Shown here piece after piece: positions 30,483 to 40,885 of a stretch of DNA of 64,000 bases. The stretch is from the NCBI GenBank assembly GCA_049970055.1, contig JBMFNR010000002.1, positions 372,406 through 436,405 on the forward strand, written 5' to 3'. The notes under the pieces were generated by a model. That model was not told the DNA's origin. It saw only the letters and a list, made by a program, of their open reading frames with translations, and did no database searches. A program made the translations under genes and the position numbers. Within the stretch, counting starts at the first letter, position 1; every line of letters begins with the position of its first letter. This stretch comes from Fervidobacterium sp. (GTDB taxonomy: Bacteria > Thermotogota > Thermotogae > Thermotogales > Fervidobacteriaceae).

Positions 30483-32951
30483 ATTATCGGAAATAAAAAG
30501 GCAATTTGTTTTGTTTCACCTTATTCCTTTGAAGGATCTGTAATAAAATTCGATCAAATCTTCCAGTGGGCGGTTGAAAATAGACTTGAAGCTGTGATTT
30601 TATCAGACAAGACGCTGCATGGTGTTATAAAATTTCTCAATATTAGTGGGAGGTATAATGTAACTCCCGTTATTGGATTCAGAGTAGGAGAAAAAACATA
30701 TATTTTTCAAAATACACAAGAGTTTCTGAAATTTACCCGGATGTACAACGAAGGTGAGTTAAATCAGAAAGAGTTAGATAAAAGTTTCTCTTTTGTAACA
30801 CATCCTCCCATATATTATCTACCATGGCAAGAAGATGCAAGCAAAGTATTCAGCAGGTACTTGGAAAAGGAAGAAATTACTCAACCTAGTGTAAACCAAT
30901 GTATATTTGAAATCGATATTGAAACAGATTACGACCTGAAAGTATATCAAAAATTACCAAAAGCACCTGATGGTTTTCTTGAAAAAGTGTTGGAAGAGGA
31001 AAAAGCACATAAAGAGATACTCGAAAAGGAAATAAAAGTTGTTAAAAAATTCAAGTTTGAGGATTATTTCTATACGATTAAAACAATTGTAGACCTTGCT
31101 AGAAAAAACAACATAGAGATTGGACCCGGAAGAGGAAGTGTAGTTGGTAGTTTACTTGCTTACAGATTAGGGATAACGAAGATAAATCCGATCGAATTCA
31201 GCTTACTTTTCGAAAGATTTCTCAACGAGGGAAGGCAAGATTATCCAGATATCGATTTGGATATAGAAGATGAAAAAAGGCTGGAACTAATGAAAATAAT
31301 ACGAGAACACTTTGGATATCTTTATACTATCTCCACGTTTGTTTCAATTCCGAGAAAGTTTTTGGAGAGCCTTCCAAAAAACATATTTGATGAACTATAT
31401 GATCTACCTATCCAACGTTCTGTTCATGCATCCGGTGTGATAATATCCACAAATGATTTAAATGTACCAATTGTCAAAGGAACCGATACAATCGAGTGGG
31501 ATATGAACGATCTCCAGAGCCTCGGATACGTGAAATTTGATCTTTTGGGGTTGAAGACACTTAGCATATACAAGCAATTAAGAAATATGCCATTGCAGAT
31601 AAGTGAAGAGGGAAGCAAAAAAACTTATAAGTACTTATCTGTGGGATTTACAGACAACGTTTTTCAACTCGAAAGTGACATTGGTAAATCTGTTGTTAGA
31701 GATGTTAAACCTACGAATATACAAGAACTTGCAATAGTTATTTCTTTGAATAGGCCGGGACCTCTCAGATCTGGTGTGGTAAGTGAGGTAAGGAAACTGA
31801 AAAACTCGGGTAGAATGAGGTACACTATAGAATTGCTTAAGGAGACCTATGGGTTACCAATCTATCAAGAACAAATTATGCAGATCGCAATACAGTTAGC
31901 AGGTTTTGATAGTGTGAAGGCTGACGCACTAAGAAAGGCTATAGCTAAAAAAGATTCAGGCATTATGAAACAGCTTTTCGAGGATTTAAAGAATGAGCTT
32001 TCAAAAAAACTTGGTACTGATGGTATCGAGCTTGCAAGGAGTATCTTAGCGTTTGGTGAATATGCGTTTAACAAATCCCACGCGATAGCTTATGCCCACT
32101 TGACGTTTATCATGGCTTATTTTAAGGTGAATTTTCCAACGAAATTTTACAATGTATATCTAAGATACGATACGTCTATTCTGAAAGATGCAATTTACAA
32201 TCTGCAAGCACTTGGTTACACAGTTGTACCACCGAAGATAAGTTCATTCTCAACGATAAAAGATGAAAAGGTATATACTTTACCTTTATATGTATTACCA
32301 GGTATATCATACGAAAAATCTCAACAACTGCAACATAAAAAATTTAAAAACTTCGAAGGTTTTGTGGAAAACGCTGGTTTATCATATTCCACGATAGAAG
32401 CTCTCATAAAAGCTGGTGTATTTGATGAAGTGTTTGAAAGTAGGAGAAAGGCTATACAAAAACTACGAACCCTGCGTAGTGGTTTCAATCAGGAAGCTAT
32501 GCTAATTGGGAAAAAGATATTCGGAAAAGTTGTAAATACAAACGACACGAAGGTTGAAGATGACTGGGAAAGAACAAGTATGGAATATGATATACTTGGA
32601 GTTGGTTTGTCCTTACCAACGAAAATTAAAAACAATCTCGCACCGTATTCCGTCGCCTACTCCTTATCCTTACCTTACGGTGTACATGTATCTATAAAAG
32701 CAGGTTATGGAACAGATGGCAAGAGCGTTTTCAGAGCGAACATGCCCGACGGTGACTACACACTCATATATCCGGATAAATTTGAAATCGGGCATTGGAA
32801 AGTTTCCTATGAAGTAAAAGAGCCACCTTTAAAATCCGAAATATCAAAATCAACGGAAAGCGGGTTCGAAGAGATACTCTTAAAAAACGGTAAAACTATC
32901 CCAAACGCACGCCCTCTAATGAACGGAATAAGAACCGTGCTGCGTAAGTGA
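30483..32951 (+). CDS. dnaE: DNA polymerase III alpha subunit (short DnaE)
   Basis: GPGRGS, FERFLN, PDIDLD, HASG, KFDLLGL, RPGP, YQEQ, YAFNKSHA. The frame stays open upstream to ATT 30483 and includes SPYSFEGS. Confidence 0.9.
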   Translation: MIGNKKAICFVSPYSFEGSVIKFDQIFQWAVENRLEAVILSDKTLHGVIKFLNISGRYNVTPVIGFRVGEKTYIFQNTQEFLKFTRMYNEGELNQKELDKSFSFVTHPPIYYLPWQEDASKVFSRYLEKEEITQPSVNQCIFEIDIETDYDLKVYQKLPKAPDGFLEKVLEEEKAHKEILEKEIKVVKKFKFEDYFYTIKTIVDLARKNNIEIGPGRGSVVGSLLAYRLGITKINPIEFSLLFERFLNEGRQDYPDIDLDIEDEKRLELMKIIREHFGYLYTISTFVSIPRKFLESLPKNIFDELYDLPIQRSVHASGVIISTNDLNVPIVKGTDTIEWDMNDLQSLGYVKFDLLGLKTLSIYKQLRNMPLQISEEGSKKTYKYLSVGFTDNVFQLESDIGKSVVRDVKPTNIQELAIVISLNRPGPLRSGVVSEVRKLKNSGRMRYTIELLKETYGLPIYQEQIMQIAIQLAGFDSVKADALRKAIAKKDSGIMKQLFEDLKNELSKKLGTDGIELARSILAFGEYAFNKSHAIAYAHLTFIMAYFKVNFPTKFYNVYLRYDTSILKDAIYNLQALGYTVVPPKISSFSTIKDEKVYTLPLYVLPGISYEKSQQLQHKKFKNFEGFVENAGLSYSTIEALIKAGVFDEVFESRRKAIQKLRTLRSGFNQEAMLIGKKIFGKVVNTNDTKVEDDWERTSMEYDILGVGLSLPTKIKNNLAPYSVAYSLSLPYGVHVSIKAGYGTDGKSVFRANMPDGDYTLIYPDKFEIGHWKVSYEVKEPPLKSEISKSTESGFEEILLKNGKTIPNARPLMNGIRTVLRK

Positions 32952-32976
32952 ATCCTGAGAAGAGGGTGATTTATTC

Positions 32977-34068
32977 ATGTGTAGTATACGCATTCATCAA
33001 AGTTATCAGGACGACCCCAATGACCACAACGGACGCAATTACGTCAATAATCACGAAAATTATCACGAAGCGGCTTGGTGGGAAAAGAAAGATTCACAAG
33101 GCGCTCAGATCATTCAATGTAATCTATGCCCACATAATTGCAAATTAGCGGAAGGTAGCGTTGGGGTATGTAAAGTGAGAAAAAACATAGCGGGGAAATT
33201 GTACACAATGAACTATGGTGAAGTTACATCAATAGCCCTTGATCCTATAGAGAAAAAACCCATTTTTCACTTTTACCCAGGTTCGTCTATAATCTCCGTT
33301 GGCACATGGGGATGTAACTTCAAATGCCTTTTTTGTCAAAATTGGGAAATTTCGCAAGAACGTTCATACTATGTAAAGAAGATTACCCCAAAAGTACTTG
33401 TTGAAATAGCTCTTGAATACAAACACGAGGGAAATATTGGAGTTGCCTACACTTACAGCGAACCAATCGTGTGGTACGAGTTCGTTTACGAGACTGCCAA
33501 GCTTGCATCAGATGCTGGCTTGAAAAATGTTCTTGTAACAAATGGTTATATAAACCCTGAACCATTAAAAGAACTTGGAAAGTATATCGATGCGATGAAT
33601 ATCGACTTAAAAGCCATGAACAATGATTTTTACAGAAAGGTTTGTGGTGGAGATTACGAATCAGTACTGAGGACTATAGATTACTGCATTGCAAATGGTA
33701 TTCATGTTGAAGTCACGACACTTGTTATACCTGGTGATAACGACGATTTAGAAGAATTAGAAGAGGAGTTCAAAATACTTTCGAGGATGTCAAAAGACAT
33801 TCCGCTCCATTTATCCCGGTACTACCCTGCATACAGATACACAAAACCACCAACAAAAATTGAAAAATTGAATGAAATATATAATGTTGCGAAAAAGTAC
33901 TTAAATTACGTATATCTAGGAAATGTCTGGGATGAAAAATACGAAAGCACTTACTGTCCAAAATGTGGAAATCTTGCTATAATAAGAAGAGGATACGATG
34001 TGAAAATTGTAAATCTAGATGAAGAAGGGCGGTGTAAGACATGCAACAACCAGATCATAAAGAGATAA
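32977..34068 (+). CDS. AmmeMemoRadiSam-type radical SAM enzyme
   Basis: CNLCPHNC, DPIEKKP, GCNFKCLFCQNWEISQ, YSEP. Confidence 0.9.
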   Translation: MCSIRIHQSYQDDPNDHNGRNYVNNHENYHEAAWWEKKDSQGAQIIQCNLCPHNCKLAEGSVGVCKVRKNIAGKLYTMNYGEVTSIALDPIEKKPIFHFYPGSSIISVGTWGCNFKCLFCQNWEISQERSYYVKKITPKVLVEIALEYKHEGNIGVAYTYSEPIVWYEFVYETAKLASDAGLKNVLVTNGYINPEPLKELGKYIDAMNIDLKAMNNDFYRKVCGGDYESVLRTIDYCIANGIHVEVTTLVIPGDNDDLEELEEEFKILSRMSKDIPLHLSRYYPAYRYTKPPTKIEKLNEIYNVAKKYLNYVYLGNVWDEKYESTYCPKCGNLAIIRRGYDVKIVNLDEEGRCKTCNNQIIKR

Positions 34069-35129
34069 TGATTATGAATCGAATAATTGTGTTCTCGGTA
34101 GTCGTAATTTTTTTAGTCCTTTCCGCGATATACCTGATTTTTATCTCCGGGAAGACTGGACAGTACAAAGATTATGAAGATTATATATTTGGTACGTATG
34201 TAAGAATCAAAATAGCATCAAAAGTAAACACTTCCACTATATCAAAAGCAGTATTTAAAGAGATGAAAAGGCTAGAAAGCAAATACGACGCTTACTCTCA
34301 AGATAGTGTACTTTACAAAATTAATCATTCGCAAGATTGGGTTGATGTGGATGATGAAACCTTATCCTTAATTGACCTTGCTTTGAAACTTGCGAATCAG
34401 ACAGAAGGTGCTTTTGATCCAGGACTTGGAAGAGTCGTAGATCTTTGGGGCTTTAGTCAATTTACACAAAAAAGTGCAACGGGAAGTTTTAGGGTACCAA
34501 CGGTGAGTGAGATATCTGAAGCAGCGGCACTTTCAGGTTACAAGAAGATATCTATCGACTATATAAAAAAGAGAATCAAAACCAATGGTGCATGGATTGA
34601 TCTTGGAGGAATGCTTAAAGGATATGCGCTAAAGAGAGCGTACCAAATAGCTAAAGAGTACGATCCCAACTGTCATGGTTTTATTGAAACAGGTGGACAG
34701 ATCATGATACTTGGTCCAAAGTACAACAAAACCAACTGGGTTATTGGAATTAGAAATCCGAGGGGACAGCCAGGTGAAAATATAAAATTAGTTTATATGA
34801 AATCAGGCTCAATTGCGACAAGTGGTGATTACGAAAGGTATTTCATAGTTGACGGAGTAAGATACCACCACATCATTGATCCAAAAACAGGTTATCCCTC
34901 AAAAGGTGCCGTAAGTGCGACCATAATAAGCGAGGATCCAGTTGTAGCTGACGCGTTTTCAACGGCTGCTTTTGTACTTGGCAAGGGCAATTGGCTTTTA
35001 ACACGTACTCTTTTCCCAAAATATGGTGCGGAAGTCTTATTAGTGTATGATGAAAAAACTAAAGATGGCTACAAACTGCGTACGCTCGAGACCGACAATT
35101 TTACCATATACGAAAACCCCGATAGATAA
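34068..35129 (+). CDS. apbE: FAD:protein FMN transferase ApbE
   Basis: GAFDP, DLGGMLKGY, ATSGDYER, HHIIDPKTG, ADAFSTA. Confidence 0.93.
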   Translation: MIMNRIIVFSVVVIFLVLSAIYLIFISGKTGQYKDYEDYIFGTYVRIKIASKVNTSTISKAVFKEMKRLESKYDAYSQDSVLYKINHSQDWVDVDDETLSLIDLALKLANQTEGAFDPGLGRVVDLWGFSQFTQKSATGSFRVPTVSEISEAAALSGYKKISIDYIKKRIKTNGAWIDLGGMLKGYALKRAYQIAKEYDPNCHGFIETGGQIMILGPKYNKTNWVIGIRNPRGQPGENIKLVYMKSGSIATSGDYERYFIVDGVRYHHIIDPKTGYPSKGAVSATIISEDPVVADAFSTAAFVLGKGNWLLTRTLFPKYGAEVLLVYDEKTKDGYKLRTLETDNFTIYENPDR

Positions 35130-35218
35130 GTAGCTAAATTCGACATAAACCTACGGAAAAATACATAAAATACATACAGTACACAACACACACAAAACCA
35201 AACAGGGAGGTTTAAAAG

Positions 35219-35578
35219 ATGAAAAAACTGAAAAGTTTTGGTGGAAGGAACTTAGGCGGTAGTAGCGGCGGGCCTGGAATACCAAAAAATTTTGCTGAAT
35301 TGCAAAGACTTCAGGAGAAAATGGAACAAGAATTGAAGGAATTGGAAACACAATTTGCAAATGAAGAAGTAACAGTTGAAGTTGGCGGAGCTTTGAAAAT
35401 AATTGCCACTTGCGACAGGCAGATAAAAGATATAGTCTACGAACCAGATATTCTCGAAGACCAGGAAATGTTCAAAGATTTGCTTAAAACGGCAATAACG
35501 GAAATCTGGCGGAAAGTTGATCAGGTAAGAGAGGAAAAAACTAACGAAATTATCGCAAAATACAATCCGCTTGCGTAA
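35219..35578 (+). CDS. YbaB/EbfC nucleoid-associated protein
   Basis: Q.LQEKMEQE...V.V.VGG...D.EM..DL pattern; 119 aa. Confidence 0.8.
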   Translation: MKKLKSFGGRNLGGSSGGPGIPKNFAELQRLQEKMEQELKELETQFANEEVTVEVGGALKIIATCDRQIKDIVYEPDILEDQEMFKDLLKTAITEIWRKVDQVREEKTNEIIAKYNPLA

Positions 35579-35632
35579 GATATTGTAACTTTGTGCTTTT
35601 GTATTTTGGAATTTTTAGACTATGCATTTACT

Positions 35633-35661
35633 AAAAAAGGCTGGTTAAACCAGCCGTTTTT
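35633..35661 (+). terminator. Rho-independent terminator
   Basis: ggctggtt-aaccagcc followed by gttttt. Confidence 0.75.
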
Positions 35662-35800
35662 GTTTCAGTGAATTCCCCCCAGATTTTAGAGGTCTTCAAA
35701 TAAGGGTAATTTTTGATAAAAATCTCAACGGGTGGTATAATTAATTTAAGTACTAAAATGTATAAAAGTAAACTATGAAAATTGAAAAGGAGCGATTTGC

Positions 35801-36487
35801 TTGCGCACAAATAGACAACCCGCTTATTTGTATTTGATACTGGTGAACTCTATTATCTTACTCGCTTTTTATGTAACAAAAACGTTTTTTAATCAATCTG
35901 AAAGTGTGTACCTTCTTTTTGGAGCTCAGTACGGACCACTTATAGATGAAGGTCAGTGGTACAGGATAATTACGGCTATGTTCATGCATGGTGGATTTTT
36001 ACATCTGGTGTTTAATATGTACGCATTGTACATAATCGGTACCTATGCGGAAGGTATTTACGGAACTTACAGATTCTTATCATACTATCTTTTAACGGGC
36101 ATCGTAGGAAACGTAGCTACTCAAATATTTTATCACGATGCGATGTCTGTCGGGGCAAGTGGTGCGATATTTGGTCTTGTAGGTGTTTTGTTCGGCGCAG
36201 GCTTCAGAAAGGATACTCCGTTTTTTCTCAAACCCATAACGGGGAGTGCCCTACTACCCATGATAGTTCTGAATATCGTACTTGGGTTCGTACCTGGATC
36301 CGGGATAAACAATGCTGCGCACATCGGTGGGCTTCTTTCCGGTATCATGCTCGGCTACACGTTACCGGTCTATAGCTCCGATCGTTCTGAAAAACTTTGG
36401 AGAACTGTCGCGTTTTTACTCATTGCTATTGTAATATTAGCTTACGGCTTCCTGGTGAAAGACATTTTCGGCTGGTTGGCAGGTTGA
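35801..36487 (+). CDS. Rhomboid intramembrane serine protease
   Basis: WYRIITAMFMHGG..H..FN, GASG, AHIGG. Confidence 0.93.
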   Translation: MRTNRQPAYLYLILVNSIILLAFYVTKTFFNQSESVYLLFGAQYGPLIDEGQWYRIITAMFMHGGFLHLVFNMYALYIIGTYAEGIYGTYRFLSYYLLTGIVGNVATQIFYHDAMSVGASGAIFGLVGVLFGAGFRKDTPFFLKPITGSALLPMIVLNIVLGFVPGSGINNAAHIGGLLSGIMLGYTLPVYSSDRSEKLWRTVAFLLIAIVILAYGFLVKDIFGWLAG

Positions 36488-36517
36488 AACTTTGCGTAAG
36501 AGTCAGGAGGTGATGCT

Positions 36518-37678
36518 GTGAAAAAATTAAGAATAATTTGTTTGTTTATTCTTACAGTGCTCGTCTTTTCGGTAGCGTTTTCAAATACCGAGGAATCAAG
36601 TATAAATGAACTTCCTAACTTTTCAGCAGTACTTGTACTTTTTAACACCGGAGGCTTGCTTTATAAAACGTTAGAAGATGGGTTTGAAATTCCGAATGAT
36701 TGGAAGGTATTACAAGTTTCGGCGTCGAGATGGTACGTGGAAAAGAAAAAGGAAAGGCCAAAGTACTTTCTACCTATTCAAATTCCAAAAGGAACTTACG
36801 AAGTGTACGACGAAAATCTTTTTGTTTTTGAAAACGGTGATAAGTACACTAGCACAACATTTGGAATTGCCAAAGTGATCTCCGAGGAAAAAATAAAAAA
36901 CATCTTAAGGGTGTCTGAACCTGCAAATGCTCTTTTCTTCGTACCCGGTGGTTATCGTATATATTATGTTTTGCAAGAGAACACTTTGGAACAATTTTTT
37001 GAGATCCGGTCACCTGTTGATAAGGCTTACGTGATTCTCTCATCTAGTCCTGAGGAAGAAACTCAAATATTGTATTCTGTGCGTTATGAAGCTAGAGAAG
37101 AGAAAAAATACTTAGAAGCTGAAGAAGCCTCAGCGGTTGGACTAAAAATTTTTGTTCTCGGCTATCTGGAGGGGTTGGGGGAGTCAATTCATATAAGGAA
37201 TAAATTAATCAATGTGGTAAGGAAAGATTGGCAGTTGATAGATTTATATTATTCCAGAACATATGACTGGGAACCTGCAAATTATGTTGTTGAAATAACT
37301 ACTGACGAAGAGTTACCTGCTGGTAAGGTATACGTTTACTCAAAGATAGATGACAAAGTCGTACCAGTCGCAGTAACTTCAATGCCCAGTATAAGCAAAC
37401 GAGGTGAGATAGAAATATCGGAAAGCTGGCAGTTGTATCATTCTTGGGTTTTAACGAAACTACATGAAATTGGAGATAGGGTGTACATATCTGGGAATCT
37501 GTATTTAAGAGGTCACGGTGATACAAAGATAATGATCAGAGGTAAAGATATTAAAGATTTAGTAATTAGTCCACAAGGTGTTTATGAGATATTGAAGAGT
37601 TCTTCTGATACTTACGAAGTAGTGATTCCCGTTTCAGGTGAGGTAAAGGTGAGTATAAGCTTTAATAGGGAGAAGTGA
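36518..37678 (+). CDS. Exported hypothetical protein (weak DUF4139-like resemblance)
   Basis: Signal peptide, beta-rich sequence, ELPAGKVYVY motif. Confidence 0.6.
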   Translation: MKKLRIICLFILTVLVFSVAFSNTEESSINELPNFSAVLVLFNTGGLLYKTLEDGFEIPNDWKVLQVSASRWYVEKKKERPKYFLPIQIPKGTYEVYDENLFVFENGDKYTSTTFGIAKVISEEKIKNILRVSEPANALFFVPGGYRIYYVLQENTLEQFFEIRSPVDKAYVILSSSPEEETQILYSVRYEAREEKKYLEAEEASAVGLKIFVLGYLEGLGESIHIRNKLINVVRKDWQLIDLYYSRTYDWEPANYVVEITTDEELPAGKVYVYSKIDDKVVPVAVTSMPSISKRGEIEISESWQLYHSWVLTKLHEIGDRVYISGNLYLRGHGDTKIMIRGKDIKDLVISPQGVYEILKSSSDTYEVVIPVSGEVKVSISFNREK

Positions 37679-37685
37679 TGGTGTC

Positions 37686-39497
37686 TTGAAAACGATGATT
37701 TCACAAAATAACATTCTGAGATTCCTCTCAGAGAACCTGCTAAAAGTTTCGAAGCCTGGCAGGTACATAGGAGGAGAGTACAATAGTGTTGTTAAGGATC
37801 TAACAAAGAAAGATTATTTAAGAGTAGCTTTTGGGTTTCCCGATGTTTACGAAGTTGGAATGTCGCATTACGGACTTGAGTTACTTTACTGGATCGCAAA
37901 TGGACTCGACTTTGTCTACGCTGAACGTGTTTTCCTGCCATGGACTGATATGATTGAACTAATGGAGGAAAAACACGTACCATTATTCACTTTGGAGACA
38001 AAAACTCCTATTTACGAGCTTGATGTACTTGGCATTACACTTGAATATGAATTATCTTACACAAACGTTTTAAAGATGCTGGAACTTGCCCGAATACCAA
38101 CTAAGGCCGCGGACAGAAGGGATGATACCCCCATCATAATCGCAGGGGGCCCAGTAACTTACAACTGTGAACCTATAGCAGATGCCTTCGATGCTATTTA
38201 CTTAGGTGATGGCGAAGTAAACCTTGAAAAAATGCTGGAAGTCCTTTACAAGACAAGGGGAATGAGCCGTTTTGATAGGCTAAAAGAACTCGCGAAGATA
38301 GAAGGAATATACGTTCCAATCTTTTACACTCAGTTGGGAAGAAAGATTGTGCCAGCGTATGATTTTGCACCTTCCAAAGTAAAAAGAAACATCTTGAAGG
38401 ACTTAAACACTGTAAAACCCTTAACTAAGAAGATATTATCTCACGTTGAAAGTGTGCATGATCGAGGGGTAATAGAAATAAGTCGCGGCTGTACACGTGG
38501 CTGTAGATTTTGCCACGCAGGTTATGTTTACAGGCCTGTGCGGGAAAGAAGCGTGGATGCAATTATTGAGAGTGCCGAAGAGTTAATCAAGAATACTGGT
38601 TATGATGAAATTTCTTTTCTGTCTCTTTCAGCGCTTGACCATTCTCAAATAAACGAGTTAACGGAAAAGATCATTGAAAAGTTCAAAGATAAAAAAATCT
38701 CGATCTCGATTCCATCCACGAGAGTGGATGCGTTCAACATAAAGATCGCGGAAAGAATAGCAGAGGTAAGAAAAACAGGTCTTACATTTGCTCCCGAGGC
38801 GGGAAGTCAAAAGATGAGAGATGCTATTAACAAACAGATATCTTTTGAGGATATCATAACTACGACTAAAGAAGCGAAACTCGCTGGTTGGAGAAGGGTG
38901 AAATTGTACTTTATGGTAGGTTTTCCACAAGAGACGGAGGAAGATATACGCGAAATAGGAGAATTGATAAAAGAAATTAAAAAAATTGGTTTTTCAGACA
39001 TTACGGCATCTGTTAATTTGCTTATCCCCAAACCTCATACAGCATTTCAATTTGCACAGTTGCAATCTCCAGAGTATATGGAAATGGTGAAAAAGATCCT
39101 AGCAGCATACAGAAAGTATGGAAAGATTGATATTAACGATGGGAAAAAGAGTTTTATTGAAGGTATACTCTCGCGTGGTGATAGAAAGTTATTTTCTACT
39201 ATTGAAAAAGCTTATAAAATTGGCTACTATGATGAATGGGGAGAATACTTCTCATTTGAGAAGTGGATGCAGGTGATGGACGATATAGATATATCCCAGT
39301 ACATTGGTCCGTACGAGTTAGAGGACTTTCCGTGGGATCATCTCGATAGTGGTGTAAGCAAAGAATTCTTATGGAAAGAGTATGTAAACTATTTTTCTCG
39401 TGTTGCAACAAAAGACTGTCGCAACAGTTGTACTATGTGTGGCGTGTGCTTTGATTACAATGTGAGAAACATTATTGTGGGAGGTAAGTTGGCATGA
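37686..39497 (+). CDS. TIGR03960-like B12-binding radical SAM protein
   Basis: KPGRYIGGE, FPDVYEVGMSH, RGCTRGCRFC, TFAPEAG. Confidence 0.88.
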   Translation: MKTMISQNNILRFLSENLLKVSKPGRYIGGEYNSVVKDLTKKDYLRVAFGFPDVYEVGMSHYGLELLYWIANGLDFVYAERVFLPWTDMIELMEEKHVPLFTLETKTPIYELDVLGITLEYELSYTNVLKMLELARIPTKAADRRDDTPIIIAGGPVTYNCEPIADAFDAIYLGDGEVNLEKMLEVLYKTRGMSRFDRLKELAKIEGIYVPIFYTQLGRKIVPAYDFAPSKVKRNILKDLNTVKPLTKKILSHVESVHDRGVIEISRGCTRGCRFCHAGYVYRPVRERSVDAIIESAEELIKNTGYDEISFLSLSALDHSQINELTEKIIEKFKDKKISISIPSTRVDAFNIKIAERIAEVRKTGLTFAPEAGSQKMRDAINKQISFEDIITTTKEAKLAGWRRVKLYFMVGFPQETEEDIREIGELIKEIKKIGFSDITASVNLLIPKPHTAFQFAQLQSPEYMEMVKKILAAYRKYGKIDINDGKKSFIEGILSRGDRKLFSTIEKAYKIGYYDEWGEYFSFEKWMQVMDDIDISQYIGPYELEDFPWDHLDSGVSKEFLWKEYVNYFSRVATKDCRNSCTMCGVCFDYNVRNIIVGGKLA

Positions 39498-40789
39498 GCA
39501 AAAGATTACACCCTAAGGTTTTCAAAGTGCCCATTGATAGAATTAGGATGGGATACTACTCTGATAAATATTTTACAAGATATGTTGAGGTGTTAAAGAA
39601 AGATAATCGACATCCGAGGGTCTATTACCAATTTTTCCCACGTGATAATGCAATTGTTTGCGGGGTAGACGAAGCCCTAGCCATATTAAGATATTGTACG
39701 GGATATTACAAAGATGAGGATAAAGCTCGTCAACTTTATACCGAGATGATCAACTTAGATAAAGTTATGCAAAGCTTGTCGGTGGAAGGTAATGTCGAGG
39801 AAATAATTAGCTTAACAAGGAAGAAATGGGATTTAAGATTAAAGTTGAACGAACTTTGGGTAGATAAATGGGATGAAATTGAAGTAAGAGCTGTTTACGA
39901 CGGAGAATATGTACCAGAAGGCGATCCTTTAATGACAATTGAAGGTGATCCCATTTATTTTGGATACCTTGAAACTGTTTTGCTTGGCGTTATCGCAAGA
40001 GCAACGAGTACCGCAACAGCTGTTAAGAAAGTTGTTGAAGCGGCAAATAGTAAGCCGATTCTATTTTTTAGTGCGCGTTTTGACCATTATTGGGTACAAG
40101 CAACAGATGGTTATGCTGCTTTAAAAGCTGGGGCATTCGGTGTTTCGACAGATGCGAATGCGGACTATTGGGGAGTTGAATCTATGGGAACAATTCCCCA
40201 TGCTTTAATTGCAGCGTACGATGGTAAAACAGAGGACGCTGCGATAGCCTTTGATATACACATGCCGGAGAGTGTTAATCGGATAGTACTTGTCGATTGG
40301 GACAACGATGTCATTGGCACAACTTTTAGAGTTGTTAAAAAACAGTATGAATACGTTATGGGCGAAGAATTCATATTAGGTAAAACGGATCCTTCGCCGA
40401 TTATTGGCCCGGGTAAAAACAAGATATGGGGTGTGAGGTTTGATACGTCGGGAAGTTTACGGGATAAATCAGTAACACCTATTGGTCCTCAATCTTTTGG
40501 AGTTTGTCCAGAACTAGTGTGGAAGGCGCGTCATGAATTTGATAAAGTTGGACTTAACGATCTAAAGATTGTCGTATCTGGTGGTTTTGATGAAGAGAAG
40601 ATAAAGCTATTTGAATCTCTCGGTGTACCCGTTGATGTCTACGGTGTTGGTTCGAAATTACTCAAAAAGAAAATTGATATTACCGCAGATATTGTCGAGG
40701 TGAATGGAAAGCCTTGTGCTAAGGTTGGTAGGTACAAAAAAGATGCATCGAATTTAAAAATTGTAAGTAAACGCTATTGGGAAGAATAA
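39494..40789 (+). CDS. Nicotinate phosphoribosyltransferase family protein
   Basis: YSDKYF, LETVLLG, MGTIPHAL, GVRFDTS, VSGG, YGVG. Confidence 0.82.
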   Translation: MSKRLHPKVFKVPIDRIRMGYYSDKYFTRYVEVLKKDNRHPRVYYQFFPRDNAIVCGVDEALAILRYCTGYYKDEDKARQLYTEMINLDKVMQSLSVEGNVEEIISLTRKKWDLRLKLNELWVDKWDEIEVRAVYDGEYVPEGDPLMTIEGDPIYFGYLETVLLGVIARATSTATAVKKVVEAANSKPILFFSARFDHYWVQATDGYAALKAGAFGVSTDANADYWGVESMGTIPHALIAAYDGKTEDAAIAFDIHMPESVNRIVLVDWDNDVIGTTFRVVKKQYEYVMGEEFILGKTDPSPIIGPGKNKIWGVRFDTSGSLRDKSVTPIGPQSFGVCPELVWKARHEFDKVGLNDLKIVVSGGFDEEKIKLFESLGVPVDVYGVGSKLLKKKIDITADIVEVNGKPCAKVGRYKKDASNLKIVSKRYWEE

Positions 40790-40885
40790 TTCCCATAAAA
40801 TCGCCACAATTCACATTTGATACATTTTCTAGTAGTGATAAAATTAAATTGGACAATATTTCTAACTTTTGAAAGGGTTACGAAA

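Noticed and set aside
37686..39497. B12 radical SAM as a membrane-spanning lipid synthase
   Set aside because: It matches the widespread TIGR03960-like family, and nothing in the local context links it to lipid synthesis.
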